A stretch of 64,000 nt of DNA from positions 1-64,000 of the forward strand of contig JBKHIT010000009.1 in assembly GCA_046538485.1 (NCBI GenBank), given 5' to 3'. The first letter of the stretch is position 1. Each line of letters begins with the position of its first letter. This document shows positions 10,966 to 21,477 of this stretch, piece by piece. The DNA is from Candidatus Brocadiia bacterium (GTDB lineage: Bacteria > Planctomycetota > Brocadiia > SM23-32). The position numbers and the translations under genes were made by a program. Below the pieces are notes generated by a model. That model ran no database searches and was not told the origin of the DNA. It saw nothing but the letters and a program-made list of their open reading frames with translations.

Positions 10966-11871
10966 ATGTCTTTCAGGACAACAGAGGCCCTGGAGGGGCC
11001 ATGGCACGAAAGACCGCTCCGCCGGATAGAATTAGCATCAGGAAAGGTGCTGGATACCGAAGCGGCACCTCTGATAATGGGGGTTTTGAATGTCACCCCC
11101 GATTCTTTCAGTGATGGAGGACGATTTTTTCGTCCGGATGTTGCCTCGGAACATGCTCTGGAAATGGTGCGACGGGGAGCGGATGTCATTGATGTCGGGG
11201 GAGAAAGCACCCGTCCGGGAAGCGAACCAGTGGACGAGGAGGAAGAGAAGAGACGGGTTATACCTGTTATTGAAGAAATTACGGGAGAAACAAATGCTGT
11301 AGTGAGCATTGATACCCAGAAGGCGCCTGTTGCGGAGGCGGCTTTAGATGCGGGAGCTGCGATCATCAACGACGTCAGCGCTTTGAGGACCGATCCGGAG
11401 ATGGCACCTCTGGCGGCAGATCGTGGTGTGCCCGTTTGTTTAATGCACATGCAGGGAAAACCCAAAACGATGCAGGCAGATCCCAGTTATAAAGAAGTAG
11501 TTGGTGATATAGCGCTCTGGCTTGAAGAACGGGTGGAGTACGCGGTCGATGATGGAGTTGACCGGGACCGTATTTTTGTGGATCCAGGATTTGGGTTTGG
11601 GAAGACCCCTCAGCATAATCTCGAATTGTTGCGTCGACTTCACGAATTTCACGCTCTGGGTTGTGCGGTGATGGTGGGGACTTCACGGAAATCGACAATC
11701 GGAATTGTTCTGGATGCGGACAAAGATGAGAGGTTATATGGCACACTGGCGACAGTGGCCTGCGCAGCAATGTCGGGATGCCACATGGTGAGAGTTCATG
11801 ATGTGGAGCCCGCAAAAGACGTTGTGAAGATGAGCGAGGCGATCCGTCGGGGGATTCAATGGAAGCAATAA
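10966..11871 (+). CDS. folP: Dihydropteroate synthase
   Basis: MGVLNVTPDSFSDGG, DVGGESTRPG, DPGFGFGK and GTSRKS motifs. Confidence 0.97.
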   Translation: MSFRTTEALEGPWHERPLRRIELASGKVLDTEAAPLIMGVLNVTPDSFSDGGRFFRPDVASEHALEMVRRGADVIDVGGESTRPGSEPVDEEEEKRRVIPVIEEITGETNAVVSIDTQKAPVAEAALDAGAAIINDVSALRTDPEMAPLAADRGVPVCLMHMQGKPKTMQADPSYKEVVGDIALWLEERVEYAVDDGVDRDRIFVDPGFGFGKTPQHNLELLRRLHEFHALGCAVMVGTSRKSTIGIVLDADKDERLYGTLATVACAAMSGCHMVRVHDVEPAKDVVKMSEAIRRGIQWKQ

Positions 11872-12677
11872 GCGAGCTTTTCAATCAGATCCTGCAATGG
11901 CTTAATATCCGGAGTCTGTTTCTGGTGAAAGCAGGCTTTGAGGTATTCCTTATATTCCTTTTGGTCTACGGTTTTTTGCGGTTGCTTCAGGGTACGCGTG
12001 GTGTGGGAATTGTTAAAGGGCTTACTGTATTTCTGGGGATTTTGCTGCTGGTGACAATCCTTGTAACCCGTTGGTTCCCGCTGGAAACAGTTAACTGGGT
12101 TCTGACCCGATTGGCTCCCGTTGTCCTGGTTCCGTTGTTCATTTTATTCCAGCCGGAAATACGTCGTGCGCTGATACGTCTCGGGCAGAATCCACTTTTC
12201 AGCATGTTTTTCCGTCCGCACGGCCATTTTACTGACGAACTTGTGGAAGCGACCATTAGCCTGGCCCGCAACAAAATCGGGGGCATGATTGCTATTGAAC
12301 GGCAGGTAGGCCTTTCAAGTTATGTCGAACGCGGCGTTCGTCTCGATAGTGAAGTGAGTGCGGAGCTAATAAAGACGATTTTTTGGCCAGGAACGCCCCT
12401 GCACGATGGAGCCATTGTCATACGTCATCAAAGAATCGCCTCGGCCGGTTGTCTTTTTCCTCTGACGGATAATCCGCATTTTTCGACAGAGCTGGGGACG
12501 CGACATCGGGCTGGTATTGGGATCAGTGAGGAGTCGGATGCGGTGGCAATTATTGTGAGCGAGCAAACGGGTCAGGTTTCACTCGCTGTGAAAGGCGCAA
12601 TCCAGCAGGATTTAGGCGAGCGCGCTTTGCGGCGCGCGCTGGAAGATATTGCGGCGGAGCCCCTCGTTACGGAGTAA
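11859..12677 (+). CDS. cdaA: Membrane diadenylate cyclase CdaA/DacA
   Basis: Three N-terminal TM helices, FQPEIRRAL, PLHDGA and GTRHRAG catalytic motifs. Confidence 0.95.
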   Translation: MEAISELFNQILQWLNIRSLFLVKAGFEVFLIFLLVYGFLRLLQGTRGVGIVKGLTVFLGILLLVTILVTRWFPLETVNWVLTRLAPVVLVPLFILFQPEIRRALIRLGQNPLFSMFFRPHGHFTDELVEATISLARNKIGGMIAIERQVGLSSYVERGVRLDSEVSAELIKTIFWPGTPLHDGAIVIRHQRIASAGCLFPLTDNPHFSTELGTRHRAGIGISEESDAVAIIVSEQTGQVSLAVKGAIQQDLGERALRRALEDIAAEPLVTE

Positions 12678-12686
12678 AGTGTCGGT

Positions 12687-13718
12687 ATGTTCAAGAATTT
12701 GCGTCAGCTTATTTTTGGGAACGCGGTGATAAAACTCATCGCGCTGGCTATCGCTGCCGCACTATGGTTCTATGCCAATAACCGTTTGAAAGAAGAGGCG
12801 AACCTTCGTGTCCCCGTGGTTGTGGATGTTCCTGAGGGGTATGAGCTCGTCTACCAGAGCCACAACAGAGTTCAGGTTCGGTTTTCGGGTCCTCAGTATC
12901 TTGTTCAGAGACGTCAGGAGGAGGCAAATCAGAATTTCCTCCAGATGACGGGGCGATTTGGTGGGGAGGAAATCAAAGGCGGTTTGAGAAAACTACCGAT
13001 TCAGGGCAAATGGCTGAACATCCCGGCGACCGAGCTGGTGCAGATGGGTATACAAAATGTAAAACCGGAAGCTCTTACGGTTTACATTAGTCCTGTGGAA
13101 TCGCGAACTCTCCCCGTCGAAATTTTGACTTCTGGACGACCACGCGAAGGGTATGAAATTCGTGGGAAAAACAGTATCCCCGAGGAAGTTGTTGTGCAGG
13201 GGCCTCGTGTGAGTTTGAACGAGATGAGTGCGATTATGACCCACCCGATATCGGTCTGGGACGCCCGGAGTGACCTGCGGCGTGTGGTGCCTCTTGTCAA
13301 ACAAAGAAAGGTTGAACTTGCTGAAGGGCTTGAGGTCTCGACTTCAGTGAAAGCTGATCCTCCCCAGGTTGCGGCGTATGTTGAAGTGGCGGGACAAGAC
13401 GAGGAGCGGGTTCTGGAAGGCCTTCCGGTCCAGATTGTGAGGCCGCTGAGCTTTCCGTACGGAGTAAAAATACCGGAAGAAGAATCGCACGCGACAGTCG
13501 TTTTGCGCGGACTATCCCATCAACTCGACCGGGTTGAGCCCGAAGGCCTGATGGTTTACGTTGATCTTCGTACCCTGACTGAAGAGAAAATTGAACCCGG
13601 TGGCAGTGCTCTGTACAAAGAAAGAATACACGTGTTGCCGCCTGACGAAGGCGATGTGGAGGTTATCCGGACAGAACCCCAACAGGTCACAGTTGAACTG
13701 AGCAATAAGGTTGAGTAA
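12687..13718 (+). CDS. cdaR: YbbR/CdaR-like regulator of diadenylate cyclase
   Basis: KLIALAIAAALWFY anchor, repeated P..V.V.GP YbbR-like segments, position after cdaA. Confidence 0.85.
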   Translation: MFKNLRQLIFGNAVIKLIALAIAAALWFYANNRLKEEANLRVPVVVDVPEGYELVYQSHNRVQVRFSGPQYLVQRRQEEANQNFLQMTGRFGGEEIKGGLRKLPIQGKWLNIPATELVQMGIQNVKPEALTVYISPVESRTLPVEILTSGRPREGYEIRGKNSIPEEVVVQGPRVSLNEMSAIMTHPISVWDARSDLRRVVPLVKQRKVELAEGLEVSTSVKADPPQVAAYVEVAGQDEERVLEGLPVQIVRPLSFPYGVKIPEEESHATVVLRGLSHQLDRVEPEGLMVYVDLRTLTEEKIEPGGSALYKERIHVLPPDEGDVEVIRTEPQQVTVELSNKVE

Positions 13719-13772
13719 CACTATCCCTGGAGCGCATTTTGCGATTACATCTGGTGTTGGGAGAAAAGCACT

Positions 13773-14531
13773 ATGAGTCTACTCGGGGTAAACGTTGACC
13801 ACGTTGCGACAATTCGTGAGGCCCGCCAGACATACGAGCCGGATCCTGTATGGGGGGCTGCCGAAGCCCAATTGGGTGGCGCTGATCTGATCACAATCCA
13901 TCTGAGGCAGGACCGGCGGCATATTGGAGACCGCGACCTGAGGCTTCTGCGAGAAACCGTTTCGATACCTCTGAATCTCGAAATGTCACTCTCGGACGAG
14001 ATTGTGCAAATAGCGCTCGGAGTCGGCCCGGATATGGTTACGCTCGTGCCGGAAAACCGCCAGGAGGTTACCACTGAAGGTGGACTGAATGTCATTTCTC
14101 AAAAAGATCGACTTGAGAAAGTTTTGCCAGATTTCCATGAAAAAAGTATTCCCGTCAGTCTTTTCATTGATGCTGAACCGGATCAAATCGAGATGGCAGC
14201 CTCCCTCGAAGCGGATTTTGTGGAATTGCACACAGGGCCCTACGCCAATGGCGAACTGAGAGACCGCGCCGCGGAGTTAGAGACTCTCGTCGAGGGTGCC
14301 CAGAAAGGGCGAGAAGTTGGTTTGACTGTCAATGCCGGACACGGTCTTACATACAACAATGTCGCTGGTGTTGTCAGGGCTTTTGGCCCTCACGAACTTC
14401 ATATCGGGCATAGCATAGTGGCCCGATCGGTTTTTACCGGAATGCGAGAAGCGGTCCGGCAAATGAAAGAGGTTATTCACCGGACGGAAATTCTGAACGA
14501 TACCAGGAAGCGCGGTTCAAAAGAAGTATAG
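13773..14531 (+). CDS. pdxJ: Pyridoxine 5'-phosphate synthase
   Basis: [32 protein letters not shown] and IGHSIV motifs. Confidence 0.97.
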   Translation: MSLLGVNVDHVATIREARQTYEPDPVWGAAEAQLGGADLITIHLRQDRRHIGDRDLRLLRETVSIPLNLEMSLSDEIVQIALGVGPDMVTLVPENRQEVTTEGGLNVISQKDRLEKVLPDFHEKSIPVSLFIDAEPDQIEMAASLEADFVELHTGPYANGELRDRAAELETLVEGAQKGREVGLTVNAGHGLTYNNVAGVVRAFGPHELHIGHSIVARSVFTGMREAVRQMKEVIHRTEILNDTRKRGSKEV

Positions 14532-14559
14532 ATGTTCTTCCGAAAGGCAAAGCGCACAA

Positions 14560-15123
14560 TTGGACAAAAATAAAATCAAAAAAGCTGTTACTACAATGCT
14601 GGAAGGAATGGGACTGGACCCTGCAAGCCACGGTCTGCGAGAGACTCCGCACCGGGTTGCTGAGATGTATGCGGAAGTCCTCAGAGGATACGAGCAAGAC
14701 CCTGAAGATGTTGTCAAAGTCTTGAAAGGGGAGGAATACGATGAAGTAGTCCTTGTCCGGGATATCCCATTTTACTCTCTCTGTGAACATCACCTTTTGC
14801 CTTTTCATGGCAAAGCGCATGTGGCTTATATCCCCGAAGGGAATCGTATCACGGGTCTCAGCAAACTGGGCCGTGTTGTGGAAGTGTTTGCACGGAGGTT
14901 GCAGGTTCAGGAGCGCATGACGCGTCAGATCGCTGATAGCCTCATGCATTCTCTCGCCCCAAAAGGTGTTATGGTGGTGGTCGAAGCGGAACACCTTTGT
15001 ATGACTATGCGCGGGGTGGAAAAACCCGGTTCTATTACTGTTACCAGTGTTGTCCGCGGGATATTCCGGGAGAACAATGCGACGCGTTCGGAAGCGATGG
15101 CGCTTATTCGCCAGGGGCGTTGA
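14560..15123 (+). CDS. folE: GTP cyclohydrolase I
   Basis: [25 protein letters not shown] and HLCMTMRG motifs; TTG start. Confidence 0.97.
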   Translation: MDKNKIKKAVTTMLEGMGLDPASHGLRETPHRVAEMYAEVLRGYEQDPEDVVKVLKGEEYDEVVLVRDIPFYSLCEHHLLPFHGKAHVAYIPEGNRITGLSKLGRVVEVFARRLQVQERMTRQIADSLMHSLAPKGVMVVVEAEHLCMTMRGVEKPGSITVTSVVRGIFRENNATRSEAMALIRQGR

Positions 15124-15156
15124 CCCAGAAATCTCGTTACGGGAAGTCTTTTAATT

Positions 15157-15597
15157 ATGGCCGAAAGCGATGATAAAATCGCCGCGTTTGTCAGGCTGGA
15201 TTCTCCACAAGACAAGTGGGCAGCGGTTGCCCAGTATGTCAAAAAATGCTACGAAAATGGCGAGACGGCTGCCATACATGTCGCTACGCGGGATGATGGA
15301 GAACAACTCGACAAAAAGATATGGACGTTTGAAGATCGAAGATTTATTCCGCATTTCCTGGCCGACGAAGCCCGGGAGCCTATTATTGAACCGGTTCTCA
15401 TTTACTGCGGAGATGAACCAATCGGGGAGGCAGATGTTTTGATCGAAGCCGCCGGCGGACATGCTCTGGACGATATCGAAAAATTCGACAAAATTTATGA
15501 CCTGGCGGAAGTTTATGACGATGAGTTGCAAGAATTGAGTCGCAAACGATACCGGAAATACCAGGAAGCCGGCTATTCCATGCGCTACAAAAAATGA
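15157..15597 (+). CDS. holC: DNA polymerase III chi subunit-like protein
   Basis: LDKKIWTF...FIPH and SRKRYRKYQEAGY resemble HolC signatures. Confidence 0.8.
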   Translation: MAESDDKIAAFVRLDSPQDKWAAVAQYVKKCYENGETAAIHVATRDDGEQLDKKIWTFEDRRFIPHFLADEAREPIIEPVLIYCGDEPIGEADVLIEAAGGHALDDIEKFDKIYDLAEVYDDELQELSRKRYRKYQEAGYSMRYKK

Positions 15598-15660
15598 ACG
15601 TTTGTTCCAATTCTTCTTGTCCGACTTCCCATCTGGCCCTGTTTTGAAAAGGAAACCGCT

Positions 15661-16947
15661 ATGGAGTACCCTCATATTCTTCTAATCGCCCTCGATACCG
15701 TCCGTCGAGACCGTCTCGGTTGTTACGGATATTCCCGTGAGATAACTCCGAATATCGATCGCCTCGCCGATAGAGGAGTTCGTTTTGTGGATTCTGTGGG
15801 TAACTGCGGTTGGACTCTACCGCAACATGTGACATTGCATACGGGGCTCTACCCGCTGACACATGGCTGCCTTTTGCTGCGTGAAGACAGACCAATCCCG
15901 AGAAGTGTGACTACCCTGGCCGAACATTTGGAAGCCACGGGTTATGCGTGTTTTGGCGGGGTGAATCCCAATAATTACGGCGGCGGGGCAAAATATGACT
16001 ACGACCGCGGTTTCGATCGCTACGATGCTTGTGAGGAATACAACCAGCATATGGAATGGACTGCGGACTGGATTGCAGATAATTTCCGCCAGCACCACGA
16101 AGATTCGCCATGTTTCCTTTACGTCCATGTGAATGCGTCCCACGAGCCCTGGGAGCCACCCGAGCCCTGGCCCGGAATATGGGGCCCAAGCTATCACAAT
16201 CAGTACGAAGCGGGACTATCCTATGTCGACTATCATTTGGGACGCGCTTTCTCAGCCATGAAAGGGATGGAGATATTCGATGACACTCTCATCGTGATTT
16301 TTTCGGACCACGGGACAGAATTTGCCGAACACGGGTTCTATGAGAAGAAGGTAAACCTTTACAACGAAATACTCTCTGTCCCGCTGATTTTTCACTGTCC
16401 GAGCCAACTTCCGAAGGAGCGAGTCGTGGACGGGTTGGTGGAGACGGTAGATGTTGCCCCCACTATCTGCGAGATTGCCGGCGTGCCTCCTTTTGAACAA
16501 GCACAGGGAGAAAATCTTTTGCCCCGGATGCTCGGAGAGGGAGGTCATGCCCGCGAATTTGTTTGTTCCCATACGGTCCACGATCACCAGGCCGAAGGAG
16601 GGGATCCTCAGTTCGATCATTTTGCGGTCCAGAGTCTCGGTTACAAATTTATCCGGCTGGAACTGCATGTGGACCCGGATGAGCTTCACAGCGACTGGGA
16701 GCAAAGATGCCAGAACATTATGCTCCGCGCCGGCCGAGACCCCGCCGATCTCGAGAGAAATACTGTCGTGCGCGAACTCTACGATCTCCGCGCTGACCCG
16801 GGAGAACATCGCAGCCTCTTGAATACCGCGGCCAACCCACCGGCCTGGCGGCAGGAGGTCGCGACGGAGGATCAACAGAAGGCCGAGGATCTTGAAGAGC
16901 ATCTCGATAACTGGATTGAAGAAACGCGGGCTGCTCGCCGCGAATAG
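15661..16947 (+). CDS. Sulfatase-like / alkaline phosphatase superfamily hydrolase
   Basis: ILLIALDTVRRD, WTLPQHVTLHTG, FSDHG and ELYDLRADPGE motifs. Confidence 0.88.
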   Translation: MEYPHILLIALDTVRRDRLGCYGYSREITPNIDRLADRGVRFVDSVGNCGWTLPQHVTLHTGLYPLTHGCLLLREDRPIPRSVTTLAEHLEATGYACFGGVNPNNYGGGAKYDYDRGFDRYDACEEYNQHMEWTADWIADNFRQHHEDSPCFLYVHVNASHEPWEPPEPWPGIWGPSYHNQYEAGLSYVDYHLGRAFSAMKGMEIFDDTLIVIFSDHGTEFAEHGFYEKKVNLYNEILSVPLIFHCPSQLPKERVVDGLVETVDVAPTICEIAGVPPFEQAQGENLLPRMLGEGGHAREFVCSHTVHDHQAEGGDPQFDHFAVQSLGYKFIRLELHVDPDELHSDWEQRCQNIMLRAGRDPADLERNTVVRELYDLRADPGEHRSLLNTAANPPAWRQEVATEDQQKAEDLEEHLDNWIEETRAARRE

Positions 16948-17043
16948 AATCCTGAAGTTTGCATTCATCCGCCGACAGAATTACCATCGGTATACCCCAG
17001 CTGAACAGATTGGTCGTGAGTTGCGCGTAAGAGGAGGATTTGT

Positions 17044-20000
17044 ATGCTGATGCCGGGTTGGTGGATGAAGGTGCTGTTCCTGGGGATTTTATTTGTTTTT
17101 GTTGTGCAGGCAGCGGAGCAAAACCCCGACGAAAATGATCTGGAAGCGCGCTACGATGAATTGCATCGTATGGTGCAACAGAACAAACACCGTCAGGCAC
17201 TCAGCGGTCTGGAGCGGTTCCTGAACGAAAATCCCGATTGGCCACGCCGGCGTGAAGCAGAACTGCTGTACGCCATCGAACTTGTAGAAAATGGAAAACT
17301 GGCACCTGCTCAAGAACGTTTGGGGCGTTTTATTGCGGTGGCGCCCGATTCAGCAGCTGCCGTTCGGGCGCGTTTCCATCGGGGAAGGGCCGAGGAAGGA
17401 CTGGGGAATTTTGAACAGGCGATGTTGACTTATGAGTCGGTGCACCGAGGCGACAAAGATTTGCCTCTTGCCCGGAAAGCGCTCCTCAAAGAGTTCCAGA
17501 TTGCTGCGAAAATCGTGCGCAATTACTCGCGCGCTCATGACGGAGCACAACGCTTTTTCGAATCTTATCCTGAAGATCCCCGGGGCCCCGATCTGTACAA
17601 TCAGCTCGGGATTCTGGCCGAGATGTTTCCGGGAGATGTAGACCCCGGGTTTATGCAAGATTGGTATGTGGTCGGACCGTTTTCTGTGGCTGAACATGCT
17701 GAAAATGCATATCAAAGCGGTTTCGATCGGGCATTTCCACCCGAGAAAGGAGTTGACCTCGATGCCAAATATCAGGTTTCTGACACACAGAAAGCGGGAT
17801 GGCGTCGTGTTCCTGCTGATGCTCGGGCCGAAGATGGGTTGATCAATCTGCAAGGGCTATTCGCCCCCAACTCCTATGCGGTGGCTTATGCATGGACGAG
17901 TGTTGTCTCACAAAAACAGAAAAGAGCCTGGCTTATCTTTGGCTCAGATGACGGTTTTAAAATTTGGATCAATGGCAAGGAAGTTTCAGGCAAAGAAGTG
18001 TATCGTCCTGCCCAGCCCGCGCAGGATGTTATGCCGGTTGTTCTGAAAAAAGGGGAAAACGACATTCTTCTAAAAATTACGCAGGCTGAAGGCGAATGGG
18101 GATTCTATTGTCGTCTGACGCACGATTACCCGCGAGGCCCGGCGGCCGCTATTCATTACTATAAACAATATGCTGAGAAATATCCCGACGATGATGGAAA
18201 CGGTCGTATGAACGGACGGGTTGCGGGAGCGGACCGTGCCCTGTGGCAGGCAGCTCAGATCAGCCGCAGCCAACTTCAGGATCCCGCTTCGGCTGCGCTT
18301 CTATACGCAAAATGGGAGAATTTGCCCCATACGCCTCCGGGCGAAGGGTATATCGAGGCTGCTCGATTGCTTTCAGGAGCATCCTATGCGGGCGATGCAG
18401 GGCCTTATTTCAATAAGGCTCTGAAAGCTGAATACAGGGAGGATTGGCATCTGGATTATGCACAATGGCTCAAAAAGTCTCAGCCGGAAAATCCGCGCCC
18501 CGCAGTGCGGGAATTTGCCGAGCTGACAACGAGGGCTGTGAGAAAACGGATATTTGAAACAGCTTTGAAGGAATTGACGAAAACGAAACTTCTGGAGCTG
18601 GTGCAAAAAGACCCTTTTAACTACCAGTTACTGTCGCATTACCTTGGCAGGCCTGGCAAAGCAGATTTCGAGCAGAAACATGAGCTGCTGCCGGGGGAGG
18701 AGAGATCTCGTAAAATTGGTTGGGCAGTCAGAGTTTGGCGGGAGTGGTTCGAAAAGACAGAGCGGTGGCAGGATGCTTGTGGGTGGCGCCGACGTGCAGT
18801 CGAGAAAGGGGATGTTGTAGGGATCGCCCAGTCTACATTGGCAATGGCAAAACTGATGCGACAGGGAAAAGCTCCGCCTGGTGAAAATGTAACGAGAGCG
18901 GTCAGTTTGTTGACCAATACCGCTAACAATTGGTGGCGATATCCCGGGTTTCCCAGCGATCAATTTGCAGTTGCCCTGGAGCAATGTGCCGAAAATTCGG
19001 GTAAACAACGTGAGGCCCTGGAAACGATTGAAAAGCTGGAGTTGAACGAAGGGGCGGAAGGCGCTGATGTGCTGGCGGCCCTGCATTCACATTTTGATAC
19101 GAAGATGGAAGCGCAGGCTTGCTTAGAAGCGTGCAAAAAGGCCATCGAGGCTGACCGGCCGAACTTGTTTCGCAGGAATTTAAGACGCTACCAGAATATA
19201 GCAGATGCGCGTGATGAAAAGCTGGTTGAGCTTGCTTGCCAGATAAGACAGCACGGGGCTGGGTTCTGGAAAAAAGTCCAGACGGAAGTCATCATTCCGA
19301 TGGCCGCACGCCTGGAGAAGCATTTCCAGGCAATCTCGCCTCCCAATGCGTCAAGCCGTCTGGCTCTGGCTCGCCTCGGCATTTTCGAGAAGCCGGAAGT
19401 GAGTGTTGCGCGGCATGATGCGTTTTTAAGGCATCATCCAGACGAGGCAGAGGTTTTTTTTGTGCGGCGGAACAGGTTGCATGAGATGAAACGTGCGGGG
19501 AATGAAGGATTGAAACAGGAATTGACCGATATTGTGGCGGAAATCCCGGATAACCCCGACATCATACGGGCAATTCCCATCGAGCTGTTGCCGGTCGGCC
19601 CGAAGGGGATGACTTTATTCGAAAAATATCTGCGGCAGCTGGACAAAATCAAATCCCGTGTGAAGGCCAACGCGTTGTTCAGGCTTGCTCATGCGAAATG
19701 GAAGCGCGGCAAGACTTCCAGCGCCTGGCGAACGGTCGAGCGCCTTGTCAATCAATATCCGGAATCACCTGAGGCCGGAAAAGCAAAACGTCTGGCGATT
19801 CGCGTTTTTGAAAAGGAACAATTGCCCGATGGACTCGGGCAAATTCAAGCTCAGAAAACCTTTGAATGGCTGATGGGCCTGGCTCTGACGGGGCAGAAAG
19901 ATAGCTTTGAGCGGCTTACGGGGAACGTCTGGCTTTTCGCCTGTCATCCTCAGTTCCGAGAAGGGAGCAAGAGAAAAGCGGACCCGAATCCGGTGCATCT

Positions 20001-21354
20001 TTGTGCCGCGAGACGCATACATGGCACGTGGGGAATTGACCTGTGGAAGAAGTACTGCGAAAAATTTCCAAAAGATAGACGGGGAAAATGGATGTTCGCA
20101 TACACGCAGGTATGGGCGCATCCCTCTGGCGCTTTGAAAAGCATTGAGGAGTGGAGGAAGAAATATCCACACGACAGACATTGGTTATATCTTCATGCAC
20201 TCTGTCTCTGGAATATAGGCCGACAGGAAGAAGCGTTGCGGAGATTTGAGAAACTGACCCACAATCCATGGCACGATCGCTGGGATTCAGCGTCTGCACG
20301 GTTTTATCGGAAGGTAATTCTTTGCGGAAAAGACCCTCTGAACATCAGTCGTGAATACGAACTTTTTGTAAAAGCGGCCGGATCCTGGGCACTCTGGAAG
20401 GAACTGGCGAGAGAACGGGATGCCCGTAACGGACCGCTGCGTGCAAGAGTAGAGGCTGCCCGCTATTTGTCATCAATGAAAGATGAACTCACCGTATTTC
20501 GCCAGACATTGGGCAGATTAAAGGCTGAGATGGAAAAGGAACGTGCCCGCCGCGTGTCAGCTCAAAATCTGGTAGAAAAAGATGATACGAAAAAGGGTGT
20601 GAAGGCCGAAGCGCGCCGGGTCATGTTTGCGGTAAAGCAATCGCAAAAAACGTTAGAAAGACGGATCGCGCAAACAAAAGCGAAGCTTGCCTTTCGGGAA
20701 AAGCAAATTGAGAAATTCCGCGGGCGGTTGGGCTTAGAAAAGGCCCAGAATCCCCTCGAGTTACCCCTCGATTTTGCTCTCGAGCGACTGGAAAAGCAAG
20801 GATTCTCGCCTTCTCTGGTGGAGGAGCTTGCTCGAGTAATTCCTGCTGAGAATTACATGGACAAAGTTCGAAGGCTGCTGGTTTACGTCTGCGAGAATTC
20901 TACGGATGACAGGCAGGTGACACGGACGGTAGATCGGTTGGTTAAGCTTTTTCCCGAGAAAAGAGAACTGTCTCGGACGGCGCATCTTCTGACGGACCTG
21001 GCGTTGCGACGTCCTCTTGCAAAAGGAAATATGGGGTGGTTGAAGAAATCATGTGATCTTGCGAGTTCGGCCGGGGACGTTTATTTCTTCGCTCGCAATA
21101 ACCAGATTTTATCACGATTAGTGGAGCAAGATCCCGCGCTTAATGCCCTGAAAACAGGGGCAGTTTTTGAGGAGGCGGGCCACCGCAATTCCGCGGAGTA
21201 TCAGTATTTGCTGGCGGTAAAGACAGCCCAGGATGCGGAGTCGGCAAGACGGGCACGACTGAAATTGGCGGATTTCTACCAGAAACAAGGGCGTCCCCGG
21301 AAAGCTCTTGAAATCCTGTCGAAATTGGTTCCCTTAAGTATGCCGGAAGAATAG
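17044..21354 (+). CDS. Large secreted TPR protein with an inserted PA14/beta-sandwich-like domain
   Basis: Signal peptide, BamD-like TPR motifs (FLNENPD, LVNQYPESPEA), WYVVGPF...GSDDGFKIWING...LKKGENDILLKI domain, coiled coil. Confidence 0.8.
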   Translation: MLMPGWWMKVLFLGILFVFVVQAAEQNPDENDLEARYDELHRMVQQNKHRQALSGLERFLNENPDWPRRREAELLYAIELVENGKLAPAQERLGRFIAVAPDSAAAVRARFHRGRAEEGLGNFEQAMLTYESVHRGDKDLPLARKALLKEFQIAAKIVRNYSRAHDGAQRFFESYPEDPRGPDLYNQLGILAEMFPGDVDPGFMQDWYVVGPFSVAEHAENAYQSGFDRAFPPEKGVDLDAKYQVSDTQKAGWRRVPADARAEDGLINLQGLFAPNSYAVAYAWTSVVSQKQKRAWLIFGSDDGFKIWINGKEVSGKEVYRPAQPAQDVMPVVLKKGENDILLKITQAEGEWGFYCRLTHDYPRGPAAAIHYYKQYAEKYPDDDGNGRMNGRVAGADRALWQAAQISRSQLQDPASAALLYAKWENLPHTPPGEGYIEAARLLSGASYAGDAGPYFNKALKAEYREDWHLDYAQWLKKSQPENPRPAVREFAELTTRAVRKRIFETALKELTKTKLLELVQKDPFNYQLLSHYLGRPGKADFEQKHELLPGEERSRKIGWAVRVWREWFEKTERWQDACGWRRRAVEKGDVVGIAQSTLAMAKLMRQGKAPPGENVTRAVSLLTNTANNWWRYPGFPSDQFAVALEQCAENSGKQREALETIEKLELNEGAEGADVLAALHSHFDTKMEAQACLEACKKAIEADRPNLFRRNLRRYQNIADARDEKLVELACQIRQHGAGFWKKVQTEVIIPMAARLEKHFQAISPPNASSRLALARLGIFEKPEVSVARHDAFLRHHPDEAEVFFVRRNRLHEMKRAGNEGLKQELTDIVAEIPDNPDIIRAIPIELLPVGPKGMTLFEKYLRQLDKIKSRVKANALFRLAHAKWKRGKTSSAWRTVERLVNQYPESPEAGKAKRLAIRVFEKEQLPDGLGQIQAQKTFEWLMGLALTGQKDSFERLTGNVWLFACHPQFREGSKRKADPNPVHLCAARRIHGTWGIDLWKKYCEKFPKDRRGKWMFAYTQVWAHPSGALKSIEEWRKKYPHDRHWLYLHALCLWNIGRQEEALRRFEKLTHNPWHDRWDSASARFYRKVILCGKDPLNISREYELFVKAAGSWALWKELARERDARNGPLRARVEAARYLSSMKDELTVFRQTLGRLKAEMEKERARRVSAQNLVEKDDTKKGVKAEARRVMFAVKQSQKTLERRIAQTKAKLAFREKQIEKFRGRLGLEKAQNPLELPLDFALERLEKQGFSPSLVEELARVIPAENYMDKVRRLLVYVCENSTDDRQVTRTVDRLVKLFPEKRELSRTAHLLTDLALRRPLAKGNMGWLKKSCDLASSAGDVYFFARNNQILSRLVEQDPALNALKTGAVFEEAGHRNSAEYQYLLAVKTAQDAESARRARLKLADFYQKQGRPRKALEILSKLVPLSMPEE

Positions 21355-21477
21355 AGCTGCGTTACCTATCCTTTCAGACAACCTCGCGCCGGCCAGACTC
21401 GATTGCCATTTAGTTTCAAACAGGCTAATTTATAGATTTGTCATGATTCTGTTTTCAGAAGGAAATTTGCAGGATGA

